A stretch of DNA of 64,000 bases from IMG/VR virus record IMGVR_UViG_3300010389_000002; one strand, given 5' to 3'. How positions within the stretch are numbered: the first letter of the stretch is position 1; the number at the start of each line of letters is the position of its first letter. Below the pieces are notes generated by a model. It was not told where the DNA came from, made no database searches, and saw nothing but the letters and a program-made list of their open reading frames with translations. Position numbers and translations under genes: made by a program. This document shows positions 28,405 through 36,483 of the stretch, one piece after another. Source of the stretch: a virus.

Positions 28405-28528
28405 TGAAACAGTTAGTAGGTCCATCAGGGAAATGGTGGAGATACTATTTCCTCACCACCCTCAGGTGAGGATATGAGAGACGGATTGTTAGACCTGCCT
28501 AGTCTCGGTCAAACGGCAGGGGTTGAAC
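28405..28528 (-). ncRNA. Structured psbA leader, PhotoRC-II-like
   Basis: GACCGAGACTAGGCAGG...CGTCTCTCATATCCTCACC-TGAG-GGTGGTGAGGA with several stems; typical location of this motif. Confidence 0.5.
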
Positions 28529-28567
28529 ATGTAACAAACGTGTTAAGGTTCGTAACATTTGTTTACC

Positions 28568-28601
28568 TATTTAGTATAGCAGAGAGTCGGTTTTCCGTCA
28601 A
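28568..28601 (-). promoter_or_regulatory. psbA promoter: sigma70 plus overlapping late promoter
   Basis: TTGACG-N17-TATACT fused to CTAAATA. Confidence 0.75.
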
Positions 28602-28704
28602 GCCCCCAAATTTGAGTATTTGTACTCATCTGGTGGGGTCTTCTCAACTACCCTAGTATTATAGGGCATTAAAAAAGGGACCTGTGGGTCCCTTGTGACA
28701 GTTA

Positions 28705-28827
28705 TTAAGTTGGAACTGATACAGGGATCATCATCCCACCATCCATGTCATCATCATCTGCATCATCATTACCCAAAGACATAATAAAAAAGTATGCTCC
28801 GAGCATCATGATAACAAGTAACGACAT
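28705..28827 (-). CDS. Micro-protein, TM helix plus acidic tail (40 aa)
   Basis: MSLLVIMMLGAYFFIMSLGNDDADDDDMDGGMMIPVSVPT; start overlaps hli stop. Confidence 0.6.
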   Translation of the reverse strand: MSLLVIMMLGAYFFIMSLGNDDADDDDMDGGMMIPVSVPT

Positions 28828-28946
28828 CACCATACTCCCGGAATGATTTGTCCAGTAGTCATGTAGGTGCCAACAGCAATGACGAAACCGAGCATTGCCA
28901 GGCGAGCGTTGAGGATCTCTGCCTCAGGGGTGAATCCGAATTTCAT
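28827..28946 (-). CDS. hli: High-light inducible protein (39 aa)
   Basis: AEILNARLAMLGF (ExxNxRxAMxG); not in ORF track. Confidence 0.92.
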   Translation of the reverse strand: MKFGFTPEAEILNARLAMLGFVIAVGTYMTTGQIIPGVW

Positions 28947-29092
28947 TGTTGTTTCTCCTGTGTAGTGTTGTAAATTACAACTCTGCCATTTTCATGAGTG
29001 AACACCAGTTCGTCATCATGTGCCCAGCAGAGTTCTTCATAGAGGGCATTTAGTTTTCTCATGTCCTCCCAGAGGACATTTTCATCCGACAT
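28943..29092 (-). CDS. Small conserved cyanophage protein (49 aa)
   Basis: LWEDMRKLNALYEELCWAHDDELVF; stop overlaps hli start. Confidence 0.6.
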   Translation of the reverse strand: MSDENVLWEDMRKLNALYEELCWAHDDELVFTHENGRVVIYNTTQEKQQ

Positions 29093-29609
29093 GTGCTTTT
29101 AACCAAGCAAGGACAGTATCAGGATCGCTCACTTCATAAGGATCGACAGGGCAGTTACCTACCTTGCCAGGTTCCTCAAACATCATCTCGATCTCTCCGT
29201 CATTAACAATCATAGCATAACGCCAAGAACGGAAACCAAATCCTAGGTTCGCTTTATTGACAGACATACCCATAGCGTAAGTAAACTCACCGCTACCATC
29301 AGGGATAGGTTTGACATTTTCAACTCCTTGCTGTTTGAACCAAGCGTTCATAACAAACGAATCGTTTACAGAAATACAATAGACATCATCGATACCGAAC
29401 TTCTTAAACTCAAAGTATGCTTCATCATAACCAGGAAGCTGGAAAGTGGAGCAGGTAGGAGTGAAGGCACCGGGCAAAGAGAATACAACTACACGCTTAC
29501 CAGCAAAGTAGTCAGCAGTAGTCACATCTTCCCAACGGTAAGGGTTAGGACCCTCAACGGTGATGTCACGAATACGTGTATGAAAAGTTACTTCAGGTAC
29601 TCTAGTCAT
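29082..29609 (-). CDS. Peroxiredoxin (Prx5/type II)
   Basis: SLPGAFTPTCS, SVNDSFVMNAW, RSWRYAMIV. Confidence 0.92.
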   Translation of the reverse strand: MTRVPEVTFHTRIRDITVEGPNPYRWEDVTTADYFAGKRVVVFSLPGAFTPTCSTFQLPGYDEAYFEFKKFGIDDVYCISVNDSFVMNAWFKQQGVENVKPIPDGSGEFTYAMGMSVNKANLGFGFRSWRYAMIVNDGEIEMMFEEPGKVGNCPVDPYEVSDPDTVLAWLKAHVG

Positions 29610-29905
29610 CAGTACAAGTTCTCCTCTTGATCAGTCAGGACAACACAATCGCTCGTGGGATAAGATACACAAGTAAGAATAAACCCCTGTTCAATTTGAT
29701 CATCATCAAGGAACGATTGATCACCTTGGTCTACAGAACCTGACTCCAAACGACCAGCACAGCTAGAGCATGCGCCAGCACGGCAAGAGTAATTAAGGTC
29801 AATCCCTGCTTCATCAGCAGCATCGAGGATATAGGTATCATCGGGACAAGTGATAGTTGTTTCTTCTCCAGAAGGAGTTTTGAAAGTAACGTTAAAGTCA
29901 GCCAT
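29609..29905 (-). CDS. petF: Plant-type [2Fe-2S] ferredoxin
   Basis: [13 protein letters not shown]...LTCV. Confidence 0.97.
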   Translation of the reverse strand: MADFNVTFKTPSGEETTITCPDDTYILDAADEAGIDLNYSCRAGACSSCAGRLESGSVDQGDQSFLDDDQIEQGFILTCVSYPTSDCVVLTDQEENLY

Positions 29906-29991
29906 CAGTAAGTTTTACACAATTGTTCAATAGATTTTGCTAGTGTCACGAAGAACACTATGCTAAGCATTGTAAAGAAAAGAGCGGTCAT
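29905..29991 (-). CDS. Single-TM micro-protein (28 aa)
   Basis: [28 protein letters not shown]; stop overlaps petF start (TGATG). Confidence 0.5.
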   Translation of the reverse strand: MTALFFTMLSIVFFVTLAKSIEQLCKTY

Positions 29992-30005
29992 TGTCAAGTC
30001 CTATG

Positions 30006-30209
30006 TCAGAAGATACCGAAAAAGAGTTTGCCGGTGGCAGCGTAGGAGATAGCACCGAAGATGATGCCCATCATTGCCCAACGACCATTGTACATCTCGG
30101 TCATCTGCATGGGAGTACGGAGTCCCTTACGATTGTACTCTTGATAAACCATCTCTGGTTCTTTAGCCCACATATTTTGTTGGCCATATTCGTTGCTTGT
30201 AACAGTCAT
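30006..30209 (-). CDS. hli: High-light inducible protein
   Basis: NMWAKEP, EMYNGRWAMMG. Confidence 0.92.
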   Translation of the reverse strand: MTVTSNEYGQQNMWAKEPEMVYQEYNRKGLRTPMQMTEMYNGRWAMMGIIFGAISYAATGKLFFGIF

Positions 30210-30236
30210 GACACTTTTTGTAATAATTCTTTACAT

Positions 30237-30272
30237 AGTATATAGTAAAAAAAGAGGGGCGTCAAGCCCCTC
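30237..30272 (-). promoter_or_regulatory. Terminator hairpin carrying a sigma70 promoter
   Basis: GAGGGGC-TTGACG-CCCCTC-T7; TTGACG-N17-TATACT. Confidence 0.75.
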
Positions 30273-30286
30273 TGTAATTATTGTTG

Positions 30287-30484
30287 TTAATCACTAACAT
30301 AAGATTCACAAATGTCAGGATTCTTACGGCAAAAGTTTTTCACATAACTGTTCGTGTCCGTACTCATAGTATAGTGAGCGTGAGTATGTACCAGCTCAAT
30401 CACTGCTAAGACCCCAACACACAGGGCTACGAAGTGGCATATAGGACTTGTGGCACAGCATGTCAGGTTCTTTTTGATGTTCAT
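30287..30484 (-). CDS. Hypothetical protein
   Basis: 65-aa ORF with TM stretch and terminal CxxxxxxC. Confidence 0.55.
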   Translation of the reverse strand: MNIKKNLTCCATSPICHFVALCVGVLAVIELVHTHAHYTMSTDTNSYVKNFCRKNPDICESYVSD

Positions 30485-30840
30485 CAGAACTTGTACTTGG
30501 TGCCGACTTCAACCTTCCAGTCAGTCTTAGTGCTGGTGCTGATGAATTCTGCCTTTGCTTTAGCAGACAGTTTCTCGGTCAGCTTGAGAGCAGATCCGAT
30601 CTCAGCAGCAGTGAAACCAGCAGAGGAACCACCATCAGGGGTCTTGGCACCACCGCCAAGTTCAACATAAGGTTTAGCGGAACCAACCTTCCACTCGTAA
30701 CCGAGACGAGCTTGGTTGACTGCTTCTTTGTAATTCTCGTCGCTGAATTTGAATTCAGATTTGGTCATGACGTAGGGACCAGCAAGGGCAGGTGCCGTCA
30801 CCATAGGAATGGCAAGGGCGGCAAGAGCGAGTGCTTTCAT
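30484..30840 (-). CDS. Small outer-membrane beta-barrel-like protein
   Basis: Signal peptide ending ALA-GPYV, alternating beta pattern, terminal KYKF. Confidence 0.55.
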   Translation of the reverse strand: MKALALAALAIPMVTAPALAGPYVMTKSEFKFSDENYKEAVNQARLGYEWKVGSAKPYVELGGGAKTPDGGSSAGFTAAEIGSALKLTEKLSAKAKAEFISTSTKTDWKVEVGTKYKF

Positions 30841-30939
30841 TTGAAATTTCCTTTTACTTAGGGGTTTAGTGTCTCATAAAAAAAGACCTCTACATCTTAG
30901 CAGAGGTCTTTGGTTTTGTAGTTAAGGGTTAGTTAACGA

Positions 30940-31311
30940 TCAGAAAGCCCACTTCAGACCAGCTTTGGTGCCGTAAGAACGGTCAACACCAGCAACGCCC
31001 GAACCAACGAACGAAACTTCGCCGTAAGCAGAGAGGCTATCGGTCAGACCAACGCCAAGACCTGCCTTACCCGAAGGAACGGTGTCAGAAGCACCAGCAT
31101 CGGGGAGCTTAGTGGTGATACCACCCTGAACGTAGTATGAAGCAGATTCGCCAAGAGCGCCTTCGTAACCAACGTGGCTATCGATAGCAGTGCCACCGTA
31201 GTTAGAACCAGTCCAACCAGAGTTGGCTTCAACGTTCACATAAGGACCTGCCATAGCAGCGCCAGCGAAAAGGGGAGCAGCAGCTAGAGCTGCGAAAGCG
31301 GATTTGATCAT
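30940..31311 (-). CDS. Small outer-membrane beta-barrel-like protein (paralog)
   Basis: Signal peptide ending AMA-GPYV, terminal GLKWAF; start reassigned behind SD GAGG. Confidence 0.6.
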   Translation of the reverse strand: MIKSAFAALAAAPLFAGAAMAGPYVNVEANSGWTGSNYGGTAIDSHVGYEGALGESASYYVQGGITTKLPDAGASDTVPSGKAGLGVGLTDSLSAYGEVSFVGSGVAGVDRSYGTKAGLKWAF

Positions 31312-31324
31312 GAGAAATACCTCG

Positions 31325-31440
31325 TAATTTTTACTTGTGGAATGGTTACCCACAGATGATGGGTCGGATTCGACTTCCCGACCGCTGTTTGATTTTAGCA
31401 GACTAGACCCGAGTAGTTGAGGGGAATATGCTGTCTGTTG
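31325..31440 (-). ncRNA. Structured leader RNA, possibly manA-type
   Basis: Stems CAGAC/GTCTG, GGTCGG/CCGACC, TGTGG/CCACA between a late promoter and the gene, next to tRNAs; family identity not verified. Confidence 0.4.
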
Positions 31441-31493
31441 TAAAACGTTACATTGTAACGTTCTGTTTATTTATACAAGTTTTACCTTGTATA

Positions 31494-31567
31494 CGGGACT
31501 GATGGGACTCGAACCCACGACTTCCTGCGTGACAGGCAGGCGCTCTAACCGTCTGAGCTACAACCCC
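31494..31567 (-). tRNA. tRNA-Asp (GTC)
   Basis: Cloverleaf; CCTGC-CT GTC AC-GCAGG; GTTCGAGTC. Confidence 0.93.
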
Positions 31568-31571
31568 AAGG

Positions 31572-31654
31572 TGTCGGCAAGAGGACTTGAACCTCCACGT
31601 CATAAAGACACTGGAACCTAAACCCAGCGCGTCTACCAATTCCGCCATGCCGAC
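31572..31654 (-). tRNA. tRNA-Leu (TAG)
   Basis: Long variable arm; CTGGG-TT TAG GT-TCCAG; GTTCAAGTC. Confidence 0.92.
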
Positions 31655-31664
31655 GTATGTGCTG

Positions 31665-31700
31665 ACTATATCAGAAGTGTTGGGGGTTTGTCAACCCCCT
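31665..31700 (-). promoter_or_regulatory. Hairpin-embedded sigma70 promoter for tRNA-Leu/Asp
   Basis: GGGGG-TTGACAAA-CCCCC; TTGACA-N18-TATAGT. Confidence 0.65.
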
Positions 31701-32266
31701 TACTTCCAAGCAGGACCAGCAAACCATCCGACCAAAGAAACTCTTTTACCGGAGGTAACCTTCTTGACTCTATGGATCATGTCCGAAGAGAAAATAATAG
31801 CATCACCACAACCTAACTTCAAACGATGCATCCCTCTGTTAGCGTCAACAAGGATTTGAAACTCACCTCCCGTGTAATCAGAAGATTGTGAGAGACATAA
31901 GCTGATACTAAGTTTCCGTATCAGGTTCATATCTGGATAGAACTTAGACTCTGCTAGATCTTCATGCCACCCATAATGGGATTCAGAATTATCATACACA
32001 GTGTATTGAACTTTATCAGACCAAGCATACAAATCATAATGAAATAGATTATTGTTTGCTTGATGAATAAAGTGTGCCATCATACCAGATACCCAGTGGT
32101 CGGTATCGATCCACCCTATCTTAGCATTCCTAACGTCGTGAGTTTCTCCATCTAGAATCTTAGCTTGTTCCAGTTGAATGTAACGTTGTTGTTCTAAGAT
32201 AACCTGTGCTACTGACGGATCAATAGCACTTGGTATATGATAAAATTTACTGCCACTAATACTCAT
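31700..32266 (-). CDS. 2OG-Fe(II) oxygenase
   Basis: QYTVY..YGWHED..RKLSISL..YTGGEF..HRVKKVTSGKRVSLVGW. Confidence 0.9.
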   Translation of the reverse strand: MSISGSKFYHIPSAIDPSVAQVILEQQRYIQLEQAKILDGETHDVRNAKIGWIDTDHWVSGMMAHFIHQANNNLFHYDLYAWSDKVQYTVYDNSESHYGWHEDLAESKFYPDMNLIRKLSISLCLSQSSDYTGGEFQILVDANRGMHRLKLGCGDAIIFSSDMIHRVKKVTSGKRVSLVGWFAGPAWK

Positions 32267-32279
32267 TACTATCCAGATA

Positions 32280-32422
32280 TCAGGCTCGCCACTTGTTCTT
32301 TAACTGGAAACAAGAAACCAGGCGGGAGTTATCCCATCCGCACCACTAGTTTTTATGGAGAAACTAGAAACCCGGAGGTCGAAGGACCATCCCGACCAGT
32401 GCTGTTAGAGTCCATCCGTGAC
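32280..32422 (-). ncRNA. wcaG-type cis-regulatory RNA
   Basis: Two repeated units, each a hairpin followed by TGGYG (TGGTG, TGGCG), in the leader of the oxygenase gene. Confidence 0.65.
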
Positions 32423-32640
32423 TATTGACCACCTTCCAGTTCGGTGAGTGATTCTACGGCAGAGTCAATGGCATCAGCAATGCTTGACCATTTACCATAC
32501 ATGATATTTTCATGCTCCCACCAATATTCACCATCCCTATTAATGATGTTATAGTATGTAGTCACGGTATCTCCATGACCCACTTCTTCAACAATTCTCA
32601 TAGGGATTACTTCCCGTGAATCATCTTCTAAGTTACTCAT
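32422..32640 (-). CDS. Hypothetical protein
   Basis: 72-aa ORF, operon packing. Confidence 0.45.
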   Translation of the reverse strand: MSNLEDDSREVIPMRIVEEVGHGDTVTTYYNIINRDGEYWWEHENIMYGKWSSIADAIDSAVESLTELEGGQ

Positions 32641-32894
32641 AGTGATAGAATATCCTCAGAAATAGAATCTTTGAATGTTACTTCACCACTAGTGATGTAG
32701 TCATCATACATTCCACTGAAGTCTAGATTGTATCGATAGTCTTGGGGAACATCTATTTGCTGGACTTCATAGTAAATATTAAACAGCTGCTTTACTAGAG
32801 CAACATGTTTGTTTTCAATTGCTTCCACCAATGCTTTGGCGGTAGCATCCTTAAGGGAATCAAGAGCAGTCATCTTTAATATAACAAGGGACAC
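32637..32894 (-). CDS. Hypothetical protein
   Basis: 85-aa ORF, operon packing. Confidence 0.5.
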   Translation of the reverse strand: MSLVILKMTALDSLKDATAKALVEAIENKHVALVKQLFNIYYEVQQIDVPQDYRYNLDFSGMYDDYITSGEVTFKDSISEDILSL

Positions 32895-33099
32895 GATCAG
32901 GATCTAACCACTTAGTATACTCGAAGTCTTCCATAGCAGTCATAAGTTGCATCTGGTTGTCTAAGAGATACATATCACGATACCTTTTGGTATAGTGATC
33001 TGCTTTTTGAATACGATAGTCTGGCATACCGTTAATTTCTAGTATACCACACTCAACGTAGCGATACGGGAATCGCTCAAGCAATACTTTCGGCGTCAT
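32860..33099 (-). CDS. Conserved cyanophage hypothetical protein
   Basis: LERFPYRYV..GILEINGMPDYRIQK..MYLLDNQMQL. Confidence 0.65.
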   Translation of the reverse strand: MTPKVLLERFPYRYVECGILEINGMPDYRIQKADHYTKRYRDMYLLDNQMQLMTAMEDFEYTKWLDPDRVPCYIKDDCS

Positions 33100-33262
33100 C
33101 GAGGATTTCATCCAAGCGGTGTTTGAGATACTCACTAATGATATCACCAACTTGCTCACTTGTCAAGTCATTCAACCAACTCCAGTTAGGATCGTTGGGA
33201 TCCCAGTCCAGTGTGATCTGTCCTGTTTCATCATTTACTTCTACTTTAAGAGAGTCTTCCAT
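33077..33262 (-). CDS. Hypothetical protein
   Basis: ITLDWDPNDPNWSWL motif. Confidence 0.55.
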   Translation of the reverse strand: MEDSLKVEVNDETGQITLDWDPNDPNWSWLNDLTSEQVGDIISEYLKHRLDEILDDAESIA

Positions 33263-33485
33263 TAGCTTGTAAATATTCGATTGTTTCTTTTGCCCCACCA
33301 ATTACTTGATCATCAATGAGAACTTTAGGAAATGTAGAACCTTCCCCAAAGATAGCATAAAAATCTTCTTTGTCAAAATCTGTATTCAAAGACAATACAG
33401 TTGGAGAAATGCCAATATGATACATTACCTCTTCTGTTTTTACACAGAAGGGACAACCAGATTTAGAATAGATTTTTACATTCAT
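33246..33485 (-). CDS. Glutaredoxin
   Basis: YSKSGCPFC, TFPKV, IGG; start set after tRNA-Pro. Confidence 0.88.
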   Translation of the reverse strand: MNVKIYSKSGCPFCVKTEEVMYHIGISPTVLSLNTDFDKEDFYAIFGEGSTFPKVLIDDQVIGGAKETIEYLQANGRLS

Positions 33486-33507
33486 TGATAGTTTGTCGGT
33501 GGGACAA

Positions 33508-33581
33508 TCGGGGCGACAGGATTCGAACCTACGACTTCTGCTTCCCAAAAGCAGCGCTCTACCAAGCTGAGCTACGCCCCG
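33508..33581 (-). tRNA. tRNA-Pro (TGG)
   Basis: CTGCT-TT TGG GA-AGCAG; GTTCGAATC. Confidence 0.93.
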
Positions 33582-33836
33582 TTATTTTATTTCAAAGTCA
33601 AGACGCTTGACTTTACGTTGCTTACGTGCTTCTTGCCATGCAACATCTTCTTTAGATAGGATAGATTTTTGTTGTTTGCCATACCCTGTAACGATCTCAA
33701 CTAGCGATAGATCGTTCGCTGTGATATTTCCACCACGGATGCTCGTAAGGTTCGGGCACTGACAGCATCTGGTTTTGGTGGGATGTTCTTCTAAGTTCTT
33801 CCCGCAACTCTTGCATCTGATTACTAACATCGTCAA
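33582..33836 (-). CDS. Small Cys-rich (zinc-ribbon-like) protein
   Basis: CKSCG...CCQCPN. Confidence 0.6.
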   Translation of the reverse strand: MTMLVIRCKSCGKNLEEHPTKTRCCQCPNLTSIRGGNITANDLSLVEIVTGYGKQQKSILSKEDVAWQEARKQRKVKRLDFEIK

Positions 33837-33891
33837 GCATTTCCTTCAATTCGTCAAGTGTTTCTTCTGGCATGTGGTATTTATAGAATAA

Positions 33892-33963
33892 TGGGCGAAG
33901 AGGGGATCGAACCCCCGACAACCTCGGTGTAAACGAGACACTCTACCGCTGAGTTATTCGCCC
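33892..33963 (-). tRNA. tRNA-Val (TAC)
   Basis: CTCG-TT TAC AC-CGAG; GTTCGATC. Confidence 0.93.
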
Positions 33964-33999
33964 TTGGTAGTATCATAAAACCGTTTAGGTATTTATGAA

Positions 34000-34072
34000 C
34001 TCCTCCACCTGGGCTCGAACCAGGGACATTCTGATTAACAGTCAGACGCTCTACCGACTGAGCTATAGAGGA
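34000..34072 (-). tRNA. tRNA-Asn (GTT)
   Basis: TCTGA-CT GTT AA-TCAGA. Confidence 0.93.
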
Positions 34073-34102
34073 ATATATTCGCTATTCGGAAATAGCGAAT
34101 AG

Positions 34103-34174
34103 AGCGAGATACCGGATTCGAACCGGTGACATCCAACTTGGAAGGATGGCGTTCTACCACTGAACTAATCTCGC
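34103..34174 (-). tRNA. tRNA-Gly (TCC)
   Basis: CCATC-CT TCC AA-GTTGG (one T-T mismatch). Confidence 0.9.
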
Positions 34175-34251
<77 letters not shown>

Positions 34252-34265
34252 TTGAGTACCCACAT

Positions 34266-34294
34266 ATTATACGGTACGTGGGAAACCCTGTCAA
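34266..34294 (-). promoter_or_regulatory. Consensus sigma70 promoter of the tRNA operon
   Basis: TTGACA-N17-TATAAT. Confidence 0.85.
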
Positions 34295-34297
34295 GCC

Positions 34298-34903
34298 CTA
34301 CGCCCAAACTAATTTCTTAGTGTATTGATATGCGTAGTGTTGACGATATCCTTTGATACCCCAACCCAACCAGTAGTAAGCAGCGACCATGTACTGATCA
34401 ACTTTCTTACCAGGACCCTCAAACTCAGGAAGGTAACGCTGGAAGACAGACTCATTGATCATGTATGCAGTTTGACCTTCAAGAGTCGAAGGATCATAAC
34501 CATAACGCTTGGCAAACTTACCAAGGTTATTGTAGCGTCCTATTGAAGTCCACTGAATAAGACCATAACCCCCACTACGGCAAGCGTGGTAAGGAACTCT
34601 AGCCCCTCCCTCGCATATATCGGGATGGAAGTTGCTTTCCGACTTAATGTTTCCCATAATCGTTGCAAGAGCATTACGATCTGAGATCCTAGTTTTCTCT
34701 TGGAGTTTTTCGAGGACATATTGTTCATTGTAATTACATCCAGGACACTTCCAGGAGGATTTGTAGGGTTCTACAGGAATCTCCACTACCTTCGGGGGAG
34801 GTTCAATCTGAGAAATAGACGGGTAAGCACAGGCAGCGCCAGTGACACTTAGAACAGTAGCAGCGAGAAATTTACGAAGCATAAGAATTTTTAAAATCGA
34901 CAT
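34298..34903 (-). CDS. Secreted cell-wall hydrolase, phage tail lysozyme-like fold
   Basis: Signal peptide; MGNIKSESNF...GGYGLIQWT. Confidence 0.7.
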   Translation of the reverse strand: MSILKILMLRKFLAATVLSVTGAACAYPSISQIEPPPKVVEIPVEPYKSSWKCPGCNYNEQYVLEKLQEKTRISDRNALATIMGNIKSESNFHPDICEGGARVPYHACRSGGYGLIQWTSIGRYNNLGKFAKRYGYDPSTLEGQTAYMINESVFQRYLPEFEGPGKKVDQYMVAAYYWLGWGIKGYRQHYAYQYTKKLVWA

Positions 34904-35006
34904 CCACTTCTACGGGACATGATCCGTTTGAGTGGCACGAAGTATATATGATACCAGCATACCCCCGACCTGTCAAGCCCTAAATACAAATAGCTTTATT
35001 ATTGAC

Positions 35007-35186
35007 ATGTATAACTTGAACTGCAGTGATATCAATCGCCTCATCCGTGCCTGTGAATTCTATAAGGATTACACAGGATCTGAATATATGTGGGAACAAT
35101 ATGATGATTTAATTCAGAAGCTACAAATATATTCAAATCAAAATCTATTGGAGTGTGAAATCCATGGGAGCAATGAAACCGCCTAG
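35007..35186 (+). CDS. Small conserved cyanophage protein
   Basis: LIRACEFYKDYTGSEYMWEQYDDLI. Confidence 0.55.
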   Translation: MYNLNCSDINRLIRACEFYKDYTGSEYMWEQYDDLIQKLQIYSNQNLLECEIHGSNETA

Positions 35187-35625
35187 TAGAAAAAGTTGCT
35201 ACAACTTCAGGGTAGTAGAAATAAATAGGGTTGTAGATGGCGATACAATCGATGTCACTATTGATCTGGGGTTTGACCTTTATAAGAAAGAAAGAGTTAG
35301 AGTTGCTGGAGTCGATACGCCAGAGAAACGAACTAAGGACGACGAAGAGAAAGCTCTTGGGTACGACGCAACCCACTGGCTCGAAGACAAGCTCAATGGT
35401 GCTATCGCTGGTGATGATGACCTCGTTATTAGGACTGAGCTTGTTGGGGGTGTTGGTAAATACGGTAGACTCCTGGGATGGCTTTACATCGGAGACTCAG
35501 AAGTCTCTCTCAACGAAATGATGATTACTGAAGGATATGCCTGGGCATACGATGGTGGAACCAAACAAAAGAACTTTGAAGAACTTCGTGAAATAAGGAG
35601 AGCACACGGAACCCTGGTGGAGTAA
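35155..35625 (+). CDS. SNase/thermonuclease-like nuclease
   Basis: RVVDGDTIDV..RVRVAGVDTPE..GKYGRLLG. Confidence 0.85.
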   Translation: MKSMGAMKPPSRKSCYNFRVVEINRVVDGDTIDVTIDLGFDLYKKERVRVAGVDTPEKRTKDDEEKALGYDATHWLEDKLNGAIAGDDDLVIRTELVGGVGKYGRLLGWLYIGDSEVSLNEMMITEGYAWAYDGGTKQKNFEELREIRRAHGTLVE

Positions 35626-35752
35626 ATGGATCAAAGAGAATGGCAAGAAGTTTTTAGCATTGTGAGAAAGTACCAAAGAAATATGCTTGGTACTACATAT
35701 GATCGTTCTGAATATGAAAGATTAACTAAAATATTGAATGAATTAGAACCCT

Positions 35753-35962
35753 ATGCTTATGGAACACCTAAAGAATGATTGGAGATACAGTGATGACAGG
35801 ATGGCGTTAAGAGCTGACGCCTTTGTAAAACTCAAGAAACATTTTACTCTCAAAGAGAGTAGACATTTATATGAGTTCTGCCATCACTGGGTAAGTCAGG
35901 GCAATAAAACTCTTGACAATATAGAAGAAGAGTTTCAAAAATATTTGGAACTAAATAAATAA
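35753..35962 (+). CDS. Hypothetical protein
   Basis: DWRYSDDRM..LYEFCHHWV. Confidence 0.55.
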   Translation: MLMEHLKNDWRYSDDRMALRADAFVKLKKHFTLKESRHLYEFCHHWVSQGNKTLDNIEEEFQKYLELNK

Positions 35963-35982
35963 GCAACTATGTTCTGCGTCAA

Positions 35983-36483
35983 ATGAAAAAAGCACTCTTA
36001 GCTTTTGGAATGTTACTGATGACAGCACCTGCCGCTAATGCTGGTGCCCTTACACATAAACTATCATCTAGTGTTCAACTGACGGTTGATGCTGCTGCTA
36101 CCAGAGCAGTAAGAGTTGGTTCTTCATATTCTGTATCGGGAAATGGAGTATCAACCACTGATGGAACCAATGCTGGTGCTGTTGGTGGTCTGGGTGCCAT
36201 TTCTTCTGGTATAGGTTCCCCTGCCAACATCACCGCTACACAGGCAACCAGCGGCAACTCCTTCTCCTTCAATCAGTCGTACTTAGAAGGCGATGCTCTC
36301 AGTGGTTCCGCTCCTACTGTGGGTGCTGTTGCTAACTACAGCGACCTAACATCCACCACAGCTGGTACTGCTGGTTCTCTAGCAGGTACTATCGACACTG
36401 CTGGTGCCATTAGCGTGACTGCTGGTGGAGCAGGTTCGAGTGCTATAGGACAATTCGTTTCTGAAATCTCTATCTTTGACTGA
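35983..36483 (+). CDS. Secreted Gly/Ala/Ser/Thr-rich protein
   Basis: Sec signal peptide (ANA cleavage), late promoter-like CTAAATA upstream. Confidence 0.7.
   Translation: MKKALLAFGMLLMTAPAANAGALTHKLSSSVQLTVDAAATRAVRVGSSYSVSGNGVSTTDGTNAGAVGGLGAISSGIGSPANITATQATSGNSFSFNQSYLEGDALSGSAPTVGAVANYSDLTSTTAGTAGSLAGTIDTAGAISVTAGGAGSSAIGQFVSEISIFD

Noticed and set aside
33486-33548. N-terminal extension of the glutaredoxin ORF (MGSRSRRFESC)
   Set aside because: It is the tRNA-Pro gene read in frame; real start is 33485
33697-33921. 74-aa ORF overlapping tRNA-Val and the Cys-rich gene
   Set aside because: Overlaps two better-supported features; cannot be supported
34077-34100. Perfect hairpin ATTCGCTATT-CGGA-AATAGCGAAT between tRNAs
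   Set aside because: Best explained as a tRNA spacer or processing stem, not a separate element
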